Assembly: GCA_964511435.1 (NCBI GenBank)
Contig: CAZEFH010000001.1
Coordinates: forward strand, 9,346 to 73,345
Direction: 5' to 3'
DNA length: 64,000 nt
From: an uncultured Candidatus Saccharibacteria bacterium
GTDB taxonomy: Bacteria; Patescibacteriota; CPR2; UBA1875; CAIMLA01
Position numbers and translations under genes: made by a program. This document shows positions 9,748 through 17,735 of the stretch, piece after piece; the first letter of the stretch is position 1; each line of letters opens with the position of its first letter. The notes below the pieces were generated by a model. That model made no database searches. It was given only the letters and a program-made list of their open reading frames with translations, and was not told where the DNA came from.

Positions 9748-9993
9748 CTAGTTGAAGTACAGAAGCTTCGCGCGTTCGATCGTACGGCGTTCCTCCGCGG
9801 CAGAGGCGAAGAGATTCTTCATCGCGCTTCTGGCATTGCGGAGCTCTGCTGCGGTGCCCTCGTTCTGGACCAGTAGCCGAGTCCGCTCCGCCTTGAGCAA
9901 GCGGATGAGCGCCTTCGCCTGAGCTGGAGTGACCCCCATCTCCCGAACCAGAGTATCATCGACAAGCTCCTGGACGCTCGACATCGTTCTCAC
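9748..9993 (-). CDS. Hypothetical small protein (81 aa) in GC-rich island, possible DNA-binding/antitoxin-like
   Basis: Intact ORF with GGGAGGTGAG RBS; preceded by a perfect 9-bp inverted repeat (10033-10056); helical, Arg/Ala-rich; no confident family. Confidence 0.5.
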   Translation of the reverse strand: MRTMSSVQELVDDTLVREMGVTPAQAKALIRLLKAERTRLLVQNEGTAAELRNARSAMKNLFASAAEERRTIERAKLLYFN

Positions 9994-10103
9994 CTCCCTT
10001 CCAGGGAAGTCGTAGGTACGCCGATATGCAAACGGATCCGCATTCTAGCGGATCCGAGTAAACTACATATCTGACGCCTATATTGTAACACTTCGGTCAA
10101 TGG

Positions 10104-11255
10104 TTATATAGTAGACACGATGATTCCCCCACCGAGTAGTTCTTCGTCTTGGTAGAAAACAACTGATTGTCCAGAAGTGATGGCTTTTTGCGGCTCAGTA
10201 AATTTAACTGTGATACTATTTGTTTTCTTTTTGGTAATTTCACACTCCGCAAGTTCAGCTTGATATCTTATTTTTGCCTTACAGTGGAAAGGAAATTCAA
10301 CTGGATTTACCCAATGCGGATTTTCAACTATAAGTCCTGAACCATAAAGCTCGTCTTCAGGACCGATAATTACTTCGTTTTTATCGACATTCAGTCCTGT
10401 AACATACATTACTTCAAAAAATCCCCCACCGAGACCCTTCCTTTGCCCAATTGTGTAGAATGGAAGGCCATTATGTCGACCCAAAATATTCCCCACCGAG
10501 TCGACTATGTTGCCCGGTTTTGCCTTCACTTTCCCAGTCAGAAACTCTTGAGTGGTCGTCATTACAAAGCAAATGTCCTGACTTTCGGTTTTCTGTGCTG
10601 TCTTGAGACTATATTTTGCCGCCAGTTTTCTGGTTTCGGTCTTTTCGAGCTCTCCGATTGGAAATTCGACACGTGCCAGCTGCTCCTGCGTTAGGTTGTA
10701 AAGGAAATAGGACTGGTCTTTTGTTCGATCAAGACCTCGCAGTAATTTGTATCTGGTAGTTGGTAGTTCGCCCCTTTCTGCGTCATTCCTGGTCGTACCC
10801 GTCCGCTCCGAAGCCTTTGGCGAAGGCGGAAGCCAGGAATCCATTCCCTTTTCTTGGACCCCAGCCTGTGATGGGGTGACGGGGATGGAAGAAACCCTTA
10901 CATAATGTCCGGTCACCAGCTTATCGGCACCTATTTTCTGGGCTTCTTCCAGCAACCGTCCAAACTTAATCAACCGATTACAGCGTACACACGGGTTGGG
11001 CGTCATACCAGCTTCGTATTCCGCGATAAAATCATCAATTATCTCCTTTTGGAACTGCTTTCTTAATTCAACAATAAAATGTTTGATACCAAGCTGTTCG
11101 CAAACGTCCCTCGCATCATTTATTACATCTTCATTTCCCAAGAGGTCCATAGTCAAACCGATGACACCATCCTTGCCATATTTCTCAACCATCAGCGCGG
11201 CAGCGACCGATGAGTCGACTCCTCCACTCATAGCAACTGCTATCTTACAATTCAT
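10104..11255 (-). CDS. mnmA: tRNA-specific 2-thiouridylase MnmA (carries a roughly 45-aa GC-rich in-frame insertion)
   Basis: PP-loop SGGVDSS, catalytic CVRCN, GHYVRV...LLRGLDRTKDQSYFLY; insertion SSIPVTPSQAGVQEKGMDSWLPPSPKASERTGTTRNDAERGELPTT lies between conserved blocks. Confidence 0.85.
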   Translation of the reverse strand: MNCKIAVAMSGGVDSSVAAALMVEKYGKDGVIGLTMDLLGNEDVINDARDVCEQLGIKHFIVELRKQFQKEIIDDFIAEYEAGMTPNPCVRCNRLIKFGRLLEEAQKIGADKLVTGHYVRVSSIPVTPSQAGVQEKGMDSWLPPSPKASERTGTTRNDAERGELPTTRYKLLRGLDRTKDQSYFLYNLTQEQLARVEFPIGELEKTETRKLAAKYSLKTAQKTESQDICFVMTTTQEFLTGKVKAKPGNIVDSVGNILGRHNGLPFYTIGQRKGLGGGFFEVMYVTGLNVDKNEVIIGPEDELYGSGLIVENPHWVNPVEFPFHCKAKIRYQAELAECEITKKKTNSITVKFTEPQKAITSGQSVVFYQDEELLGGGIIVSTI

Positions 11256-11676
11256 GTTTTATTCCTAATAAATAATCGTAAAGATTCTGAAATTGACCCT
11301 TATTTTCTGGATTTAGCTTTGCTAATGCACCTTGATAATCGAGCCAAATTAACTCATCGTCACTGTTTTCTTTAATCAAAGTTCCGGAAACCGGTAAAAG
11401 TAAGAACATTTTTACCCTAACGTTTTTCCCAACGAATTCATTAAAATACTCCAGGTTGGGCAAACTTTTCAGAATCTTGGTTTTTAAGCCTGTCTCCTCA
11501 TAAACTTCTCTAACGGCCGTTTCCTCGGCAGTTTCCCCCTTTTCGACGTGACCTTTAGGAAAAGAAAAACTAGTATGCTCACCCTTATAAAGCAAGATTT
11601 GATTGTCAGAATTTACGACTACTCCGCCGCCTTTTAATATCGCGCCGTCAGAATCAAAGACCTCATCACTTCTCAT
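11245..11676 (-). CDS. NUDIX hydrolase
   Basis: Nudix box GHVEKGETAEETAVREVYEETGL. Confidence 0.8.
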   Translation of the reverse strand: MRSDEVFDSDGAILKGGGVVVNSDNQILLYKGEHTSFSFPKGHVEKGETAEETAVREVYEETGLKTKILKSLPNLEYFNEFVGKNVRVKMFLLLPVSGTLIKENSDDELIWLDYQGALAKLNPENKGQFQNLYDYLLGIKHEL

Positions 11677-12260
11677 TATTTATCCCCCAAACTTTGAGCA
11701 AAATTGATAAAAATCTTGCTCACTTCCCCAAATGTAAGATATCGAGCCACATTGTTATCCCACCAGTTCTTCTTACTCCAGTTCTGATCCTTGGCAGAGT
11801 GATTGATAATTTTGAAATCCTCTCCTAGTTCTTTCTTGAATAAATTATTTGCACGGCGTTGATGATAAGGCGAGGTAACTAAGATTATGCCTTGATAGCC
11901 ATTTTCACGAATAATTCTAGCACTAAACTGAGCGTTTTCCGCGGTAGTTTGTGACTTCTCTTCGAGAATTATCGCATCGGCAGGGATGCCTGCCTTTATC
12001 GCGATTCTTGCCATGGCTAGGGCATTTGAAACATCGCCTTCGGCAGCCGCACCCGAGAAGATTATCTTTGGCGCCCATCCCTGCTCATAGAGTTTCACGC
12101 CTTCCGTGATGCGTGAATCAGTATCACCTCCAGATACAACAACGATTACATCTGTCTTTTCTAGTGGGTTCTGCGGCGATAAGTAGAGTGCCAAGGCAAA
12201 TGGAATAAAGACAACTATCAGCACAGCTATCAAGATGGCGGCTATTAGTTTCTTAATCAT
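11676..12260 (-). CDS. DUF218/YdcF (SanA/ElyC-like) membrane-anchored protein
   Basis: N-terminal TM, VIVVVSGG...RITEGVKLYEQGWAPKIIFSG...VTSPYHQRRA pattern of the YdcF/DUF218 family. Confidence 0.7.
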   Translation of the reverse strand: MIKKLIAAILIAVLIVVFIPFALALYLSPQNPLEKTDVIVVVSGGDTDSRITEGVKLYEQGWAPKIIFSGAAAEGDVSNALAMARIAIKAGIPADAIILEEKSQTTAENAQFSARIIRENGYQGIILVTSPYHQRRANNLFKKELGEDFKIINHSAKDQNWSKKNWWDNNVARYLTFGEVSKIFINFAQSLGDK

Positions 12261-13216
12261 CAGTCTATAAACTCCTGGACAAATATCTTGCCATCAGCAC
12301 CACAATCAATTACCGCTATCCCTATTTTGCTGTAATCACCGGAAAGAATGTTCGCCTTGTGCCCAGAAGATTCCATTAGCCCTTTCATAGCCGCATCGGC
12401 ATCCTCGGCGAGCGCCAGGTTTTCGCCAGCAAAGAAGAAGCTTATACCCGCCTCCTTCATCCGATCAAATGGAGACTTCCCGGCTAGGTTAATGTGGGAT
12501 AAATAGCCTTTCTGAGCCATATCCTTACCGTGAGCCTCTGCTACCGAAGACAGCTTTTTATCAAGTACCAGGTCTTCAAATCCTGCCCGCTCTCTTTCAA
12601 GATTCACACTTGCAAGCATCTCCTTGGCACTACTTTGATCCAAAACCGGATGTGTTAACTTAAAGCTGAGAGTCACCTTGTCTGTACTGCCACTAGATAT
12701 AGTCGTAAATCGAGCGATAGTGGAAGCAGCTTCGCCAAATGTTTTCTCAAAGGCTCGAGACAGTGGTGCAGTTGATTTTGCGACAACTTTACCAGAAAGT
12801 GAACTCGATAAATCGTCTTCAACATCACCGCCAAGAGGCAATATCATCAAGGTACTAGAGATTGCAAAAAGGAATATTGAGCCCTTCACTAGGCCCAGGA
12901 CTATTCCTCCCCAGATATTCCAGCGTGAATCCAAAACCTCATCGTCAACTCTGCCTAGCATATATAACATCGCTATATAACAAGCTATCTCTATGATAAA
13001 CCAAATCAGAAAAAAGCTCCCTGCCTTAATGAATGACTGTGGGATTGATAGAAACTGATTCCCTACCTTTGCAAGACTCCCATATAGAAAGAAAGCACAT
13101 CCAAACGAGACCACCAAGATTAGTAAGTCACCAGCTTCTTTGATGAGGCCTCTGCGATAACCGAGCAAACCAAAGAGACCAAGCCCCAATAAAATAATAA
13201 GGTCAATATAATTCAT
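12260..13216 (-). CDS. CvpA-like membrane domain fused to a CAP/SCP (PR-1-like) domain
   Basis: N-terminal four-TM colicin-V-production-like region (MNYIDLIILLGLGLFGLLGYRRG...) and C-terminal CAP-like block GHKANILSGDYSKIGIAV. Confidence 0.65.
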   Translation of the reverse strand: MNYIDLIILLGLGLFGLLGYRRGLIKEAGDLLILVVSFGCAFFLYGSLAKVGNQFLSIPQSFIKAGSFFLIWFIIEIACYIAMLYMLGRVDDEVLDSRWNIWGGIVLGLVKGSIFLFAISSTLMILPLGGDVEDDLSSSLSGKVVAKSTAPLSRAFEKTFGEAASTIARFTTISSGSTDKVTLSFKLTHPVLDQSSAKEMLASVNLERERAGFEDLVLDKKLSSVAEAHGKDMAQKGYLSHINLAGKSPFDRMKEAGISFFFAGENLALAEDADAAMKGLMESSGHKANILSGDYSKIGIAVIDCGADGKIFVQEFID

Positions 13217-13283
13217 CGCTATACTATTTTAACTTTTCAGACAAATAAAAGCCACCGCCGGCTTCGGCGGTGGCTAGGACAGG

Positions 13284-13538
13284 CTACTTAAGGCGCCCCA
13301 CCATGCACGAGGCAAATGACTTCGCCTTTTTGACTAGACTTTGAGCTTCCTCACTACCAGCCCTTGGATAACCAAGCCTAGTGAGAACCTCCTCGGCGAC
13401 TTTTACATCACCCGTAAATTCAACCGTCTGACAGCTGGGATCTACTTTCACGTCTGTGAGACCATTTTTCAATAGTGCATCTTCAATGCTCTTGGCACAG
13501 CCGCCACACTTAATGTTGACTACTTCTATCTTTGACAT
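13284..13538 (-). CDS. Heavy-metal-associated (HMA) domain protein, CopZ-like with CGGC metal site
   Basis: VVNIKCGGCAKSIEDAL ferredoxin-like HMA fold; AGGAGG RBS. Confidence 0.75.
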   Translation of the reverse strand: MSKIEVVNIKCGGCAKSIEDALLKNGLTDVKVDPSCQTVEFTGDVKVAEEVLTRLGYPRAGSEEAQSLVKKAKSFASCMVGRLK

Positions 13539-13555
13539 TCCTGCCTCCTATATTA

Positions 13556-13660
13556 TTAGCAGCCACAGCCGCATGAACATTCTGATCCACAAGTACACTC
13601 TGCACCACTGGCACAGCCACACTCGCAAGTACATTTGCTTCCGCAATCACACTTTGACAT
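13556..13660 (-). CDS. Cysteine-rich metallothionein-like peptide (34 aa, 13 Cys), unannotated sORF
   Basis: Minus-strand ATG at about 13660 preceded by AAAGGAG RBS (5 nt spacer); translation MSKCDCGSKCTCECGCASGAECTCGSECSCGCGC*; below the 60-aa cut-off of the ORF track. Coordinates may be off by 1 nt. Confidence 0.6.
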   Translation of the reverse strand: MSKCDCGSKCTCECGCASGAECTCGSECSCGCGC

Positions 13661-13662
13661 CC

Positions 13663-15000
13663 TTACTCCTTTCTTTCTTTATATTTAAACACACCACTAT
13701 ACATCCCCATCGAGCAAGTAAACCGCAGTTCGTCACCCTTGGGTGGAATAAACGTAATTACGTTTTTACCTCGGAGCAGCAATTTCTGTACATCAATCTC
13801 CGGAGCAAGGATAAAGGCCGCGCAAGTAGAAATGTCCTGTACATCGATAATCCATCTGACTGGGATATTGGGATCAATCTCAAAACTACTTGGTTCATAC
13901 CCATCGCGAGTTACCTTCATCCTTACGATTTGCTCCCCATCTTGTATTTGGACATCACCGTGAGTCAGCTGTTCTACTACTTGCGGCAAAGGAATACCCA
14001 CAAGTCTAGCGCCAGCAATACCGTTCAAAACAGCAAAAACAACCACGATAGAACCAACAATAATATAAAACTTTTCTCGAAATCCCTTGGTAATGATTGA
14101 ACTAGCTCCTCCTACTATTACCAGCCCAGGTACCGTCCCAAGAGCAAAAGCCGCCATCAGCAGTCCTCCACCCCAGAAGCTGCCGGTACCAATAGCAATT
14201 AGTTGTGTTGCCTGGGTAAAGCCACATGGCAAAAAAAATGTTGCTACACCGCCGATAAATGCGCCCAAGTGACTATAACGATTTTTCTCTCTGATAGTAC
14301 GCTGTGAAAATGAAGCCCATCGCGGTAAGGGAAGACTAAATCTAGAAAGTTTGGGGATGGTTCCAGTCAGCTGAATACCAATTATTAGCATCGTTATAGA
14401 AACCAGCAATGTTGCTACCCCATTGCCAAGGGAAGATATACGAAACGATTGACCGATAGATCCGAGAAGTCCTCCAAGGATAAAGAAACCGAGTATACGT
14501 CCAAGGTTGAAGTAAATATTAGGGACAAATGTTTGCCAAGTCCCAACCTCAGGATGAAGCTCACGATATTTGGCAGAAATACCCAAAACGAGACCCCCCA
14601 CAAGAGCCATACATGTAGACAGCCCTGCCACTAAGCCCAAAATAAGTGCCGCTGATAGATTGTATCCGTTAGTAAGGGTTGACGGCAATATTTGCGCAAA
14701 CCCCATGACACTGCCAAGAATAAGTAGTGTAGAGAAACCAATGCCCGAAATTATGACCCACAAATATCTGCTACCATCACGTGAAAACCAGCGCTCATTC
14801 GAGTCGTTAATAAAATATCCAGCACCCTTGATAGCCGCCACTACAGCAGCAATTTTGTAGTTACCAGACACTACAATCTCGCCACGAGCATTACTTGCGC
14901 GTACACTCACTACGCCATCGATTCTACCTACCTTCTGCTTCAAGAGAGTCTCGCAAGCAGGGCAATGCATTCCGCTTACTTTGATAGTTTCTTTGGGCAT
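13663..15000 (-). CDS. Membrane metal-handling protein: N-terminal HMA domain (GMHCPAC), DsbD/CcdA-like polytopic core, C-terminal extracytoplasmic domain
   Basis: Start moved to the internal Met (MPKETIKVSGMHCPACE) at 15000, 1 nt after the iscU stop (translational coupling); multiple TM helices with conserved Cys (LSTCMALVGG, FLPCGFTQ); the Cys/Met-containing C-terminal domain (TCSMGMY) is cupredoxin-like but only tentatively so. Confidence 0.65.
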   Translation of the reverse strand: MPKETIKVSGMHCPACETLLKQKVGRIDGVVSVRASNARGEIVVSGNYKIAAVVAAIKGAGYFINDSNERWFSRDGSRYLWVIISGIGFSTLLILGSVMGFAQILPSTLTNGYNLSAALILGLVAGLSTCMALVGGLVLGISAKYRELHPEVGTWQTFVPNIYFNLGRILGFFILGGLLGSIGQSFRISSLGNGVATLLVSITMLIIGIQLTGTIPKLSRFSLPLPRWASFSQRTIREKNRYSHLGAFIGGVATFFLPCGFTQATQLIAIGTGSFWGGGLLMAAFALGTVPGLVIVGGASSIITKGFREKFYIIVGSIVVVFAVLNGIAGARLVGIPLPQVVEQLTHGDVQIQDGEQIVRMKVTRDGYEPSSFEIDPNIPVRWIIDVQDISTCAAFILAPEIDVQKLLLRGKNVITFIPPKGDELRFTCSMGMYSGVFKYKERKE

Positions 15001-15001
15001 A

Positions 15002-15388
15002 CTATTTTTTATTTCGATAGTCTTTGATTGCTGCCTGTAGCGCATTCGCTGCTAGGTTTGAACAGTGCATCTTCACTGGAGGAAGACCACCAAGAGAGGC
15101 TGCTACCTCGGCGTTGGTCACCTTTTCTGCCTCATCCAGGGGCATTCCTTTTACCATTTCGGTAATACGACTAGAAGTAGCAACGGCAGCACCACAGCCG
15201 AAGGTCTGAAACTTCACATCCTTGATAATTTCTTTACCGTCAACTTCCTCAATATCGAGATAGATCTTCATAATGTCTCCACAGGTAGGATTCCCTGTCT
15301 CTCCCACACCGTTTGCATCCTTAATTGTTCCCACATTGCGTGGGTTCATAAAGTGATCCATCACTTCCTTCGTATATAAATCTGCCAT
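15002..15388 (-). CDS. iscU: Fe-S cluster scaffold protein IscU/NifU-like
   Basis: Conserved Cys ligands in GNPTCGD, FGCGAAVATS, HCSNLA; 128 aa. Confidence 0.9.
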   Translation of the reverse strand: MADLYTKEVMDHFMNPRNVGTIKDANGVGETGNPTCGDIMKIYLDIEEVDGKEIIKDVKFQTFGCGAAVATSSRITEMVKGMPLDEAEKVTNAEVAASLGGLPPVKMHCSNLAANALQAAIKDYRNKK

Positions 15389-15390
15389 AA

Positions 15391-15753
15391 TTAGTCTCCT
15401 ATTCTTTTTATACTTTCAACTGTTACCACTATCGCCCCTTTGGCCGGGAACCCTTCGTGGATTTGTTTAACCTGGTTATGCCAGATATCATTTACGGAGT
15501 ACGATGCTCGCCCCGTCATCTTATAGCCGAAACACTCGTCCTCCCAGTTTCTGTTCCATACTACCAGGACCACCTTATTATTTTTTGCAATGTTCGATAC
15601 TGTCTTTGTGAGGTAGTTGTCACCTATCAGAAGCTTATCTTTCTCCACCACTTTCACGTCAGCAACTACGGCAACATCTGGGTTGTCAAGAACACATGTA
15701 GCTATTGCCACAGGGTTCTTCTCTATTAATCTGACTGCTTCTTGATTAATCAT
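15391..15753 (-). CDS. Pyridoxamine 5'-phosphate oxidase-like FMN-binding split-barrel protein
   Basis: Size and pattern (AIATCVLDNPDVAVVADV...VVLVVWNR) fit the PNPOx-like family; weak call. Confidence 0.5.
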   Translation of the reverse strand: MINQEAVRLIEKNPVAIATCVLDNPDVAVVADVKVVEKDKLLIGDNYLTKTVSNIAKNNKVVLVVWNRNWEDECFGYKMTGRASYSVNDIWHNQVKQIHEGFPAKGAIVVTVESIKRIGD

Positions 15754-15755
15754 CT

Positions 15756-16958
15756 CTACTCTATCGGGCTCATTTTTCTTAACTTTTCTACTATTCCTGG
15801 TAAGTAATTCATCATCTCATCTATGTCTTCACGCTTATTTAACTTGCCCAGACTGAAACGTACCGCTCCATGGGCATCAATATCGGCAATCCCCATCGCC
15901 TTCGTGACATTGCTTGGCTCGAGACTGCCAGAAGTGCAAGCGGAGCCAGAAGAAGCGGCGATGCCCACCATATCAAGATTAATTAGAATTGATTCACCCT
16001 CTATTCGCTTAAATAGAATAGTAGCTATATGTGGCAATCGTTTAGAGTCATCATCAGGTCCTAGCAGCTCCACGTCAGGAATTTCCTTTACAACCCGTTC
16101 CGTAAGATAATCTCTAAGTACTGTTATTTGCTTTTTGTTATTTGCTTTTTGTTCGCTTGCAAGCTCCATTGCCTTGACCATACCCACGATATACGGCACA
16201 TTTTCAGTCCCAGCTCGTAGGCTTCGTTCCTGCGCTCCACCGAGCTGCTGTGGTCGAAACTTGGTGCCAGACTTTACATATAGAAGACCGACTCCCTTGG
16301 GACCATAGAATTTGTGTGCGGTAAGGCTAAGCATATCGACGCCGAGGTCATGAACATTTGTATCAAGGTATTGAAAGGCTTGTACGGCATCGGTATGAAA
16401 CACTATTGGCAGGGTGTTGCTCTCCTTTTGCCTTTTTGATTTTACATCTTTAATTATTTCACCGATTTCCTTAATCGGCTGAATAGAACCAACTTCATTA
16501 TTACCATACATAATGGTAACTAGAGCGGTGTTGTCCTTAATTGCGGCAGCCACATCAGCCGGGCTTACTAAGCCTTGACCATCAACCGGCAAAATAGTAA
16601 TCTCGGCGCCGTAAGCTTTTTCAAGTCGCTTTACGACATCCAGAACACAGTGATGCTCGATGGCGCTTGTTATAATGTGTGGTCGGTTTTTAAGGATATT
16701 AGCTGCTGCCTCAGCCACGCCAAGAAGAGCCAGGTTATTTGACTCTGTGGCACCGGAAGTAAAGATAATTTCACCCGGTTTGGCAACACCAAGAAGCTTC
16801 GCAGCCCTTTCACGGGCGTTGTTCAGAGCATCCTTAGCCTCACGACCAAGTGCATAAATGCTCGATGGATTCCCCCAAACATCAGTAAAATATTGGCACA
16901 TTTCTTTTCGGACTAGCTTATCAATCGGCGTAGTTGCAGCATGATCAAAATAAATCAT
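15756..16958 (-). CDS. iscS: Cysteine desulfurase (IscS/NifS class)
   Basis: PLP-fold motifs SGATESNNLAL, SLTAHKFYGPKGVGLLYV, SSGSACTSG active-site loop. Confidence 0.9.
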   Translation of the reverse strand: MIYFDHAATTPIDKLVRKEMCQYFTDVWGNPSSIYALGREAKDALNNARERAAKLLGVAKPGEIIFTSGATESNNLALLGVAEAAANILKNRPHIITSAIEHHCVLDVVKRLEKAYGAEITILPVDGQGLVSPADVAAAIKDNTALVTIMYGNNEVGSIQPIKEIGEIIKDVKSKRQKESNTLPIVFHTDAVQAFQYLDTNVHDLGVDMLSLTAHKFYGPKGVGLLYVKSGTKFRPQQLGGAQERSLRAGTENVPYIVGMVKAMELASEQKANNKKQITVLRDYLTERVVKEIPDVELLGPDDDSKRLPHIATILFKRIEGESILINLDMVGIAASSGSACTSGSLEPSNVTKAMGIADIDAHGAVRFSLGKLNKREDIDEMMNYLPGIVEKLRKMSPIE

Positions 16959-17176
16959 TACCTTATCTCCTTTTTCACATGAGCGATGCAGCCCTTACAC
17001 TCATTAATCTGGTCGCGTTCGAGATTCTCGATCTTCTTGTAGTCATCCCAGGAAATAAGCACCCCTACTGGATCAGAGTAACGCAAAATCACCGTCCCAG
17101 TACCACTTTTTAGTCCTGTAAGGATTTTTGACGCATTATTGGCTAGTTCCGCGGTCGTAATAAATTTTTCTTTCAT
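16958..17176 (-). CDS. Phd/YefM-like antitoxin-fold small protein (orphan)
   Basis: MKEKFITTAELANNASKILTGLKSGTGTVILRYSDPVGVLISWDDYKKI resembles the Phd/YefM N-terminus; stop overlaps the iscS start; no cognate toxin adjacent. Confidence 0.5.
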   Translation of the reverse strand: MKEKFITTAELANNASKILTGLKSGTGTVILRYSDPVGVLISWDDYKKIENLERDQINECKGCIAHVKKEIR

Positions 17177-17243
17177 AATGTCCTTAAATAAAATGTTACC
17201 CTACTTCTAGGGTAACATTTGAGGTAACATTGTGTCAATGTTT

Positions 17244-17735
17244 TTATGGTGTGGTGGTAAACTCTTTCTTAATCCAGCCAGTCTGGCTCTGATAAACTAC
17301 CTTAAGCCATTCATTCACCTCTTGGATGACTTCGAGCTTCGTCTTATCGGCGATTATACCAAGTGATTCCGACTCCGCACTGGCTTCTTTGCGCAGATTC
17401 AACCCACCTTCTGCATTGATATAGATATACTTTGGAAGCGGCCTCGAGTCAACATCCTTTACGACAGATCCCTCTATTTTGTTCTTATTCTCAACCGAAT
17501 TCTGGCTTTGATAAACTCGGTAGCCCGTATAAGCAACGCCTCCTATCATAAGGAAAATAATCACGTAGAGCAGAATCTGAATCCAGACGTTTCTGTTTGG
17601 CTCATCGAGAGAAATAGTATCAGAAGGCTGCTCTAGCTTCAGCTCCTCTTCTGGAACCGCTGCCATAAAATCTTCGAGCGTTTTCTTCCTTTGTGCATCC
17701 ATACTACACCTTGATGTTAAATAGTCTCTCTGCAT
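17244..17735 (-). CDS. Membrane-anchored bacterial SH3 (SH3b) domain protein
   Basis: TM helix (ILLYVIIFLMIGGVAY) then SH3b block GGLNLRKEAS...WLKVVYQSQTGWIKKEFTT; real start probably downstream of the track start; paralogous to 32996-33820. Confidence 0.65.
   Translation of the reverse strand: MQRDYLTSRCSMDAQRKKTLEDFMAAVPEEELKLEQPSDTISLDEPNRNVWIQILLYVIIFLMIGGVAYTGYRVYQSQNSVENKNKIEGSVVKDVDSRPLPKYIYINAEGGLNLRKEASAESESLGIIADKTKLEVIQEVNEWLKVVYQSQTGWIKKEFTTTP

Noticed and set aside
13456-14100. 214-aa plus-strand ORF over the metal operon
   Set aside because: Runs antisense through three well-supported minus-strand genes; His/Thr-rich low-complexity translation.
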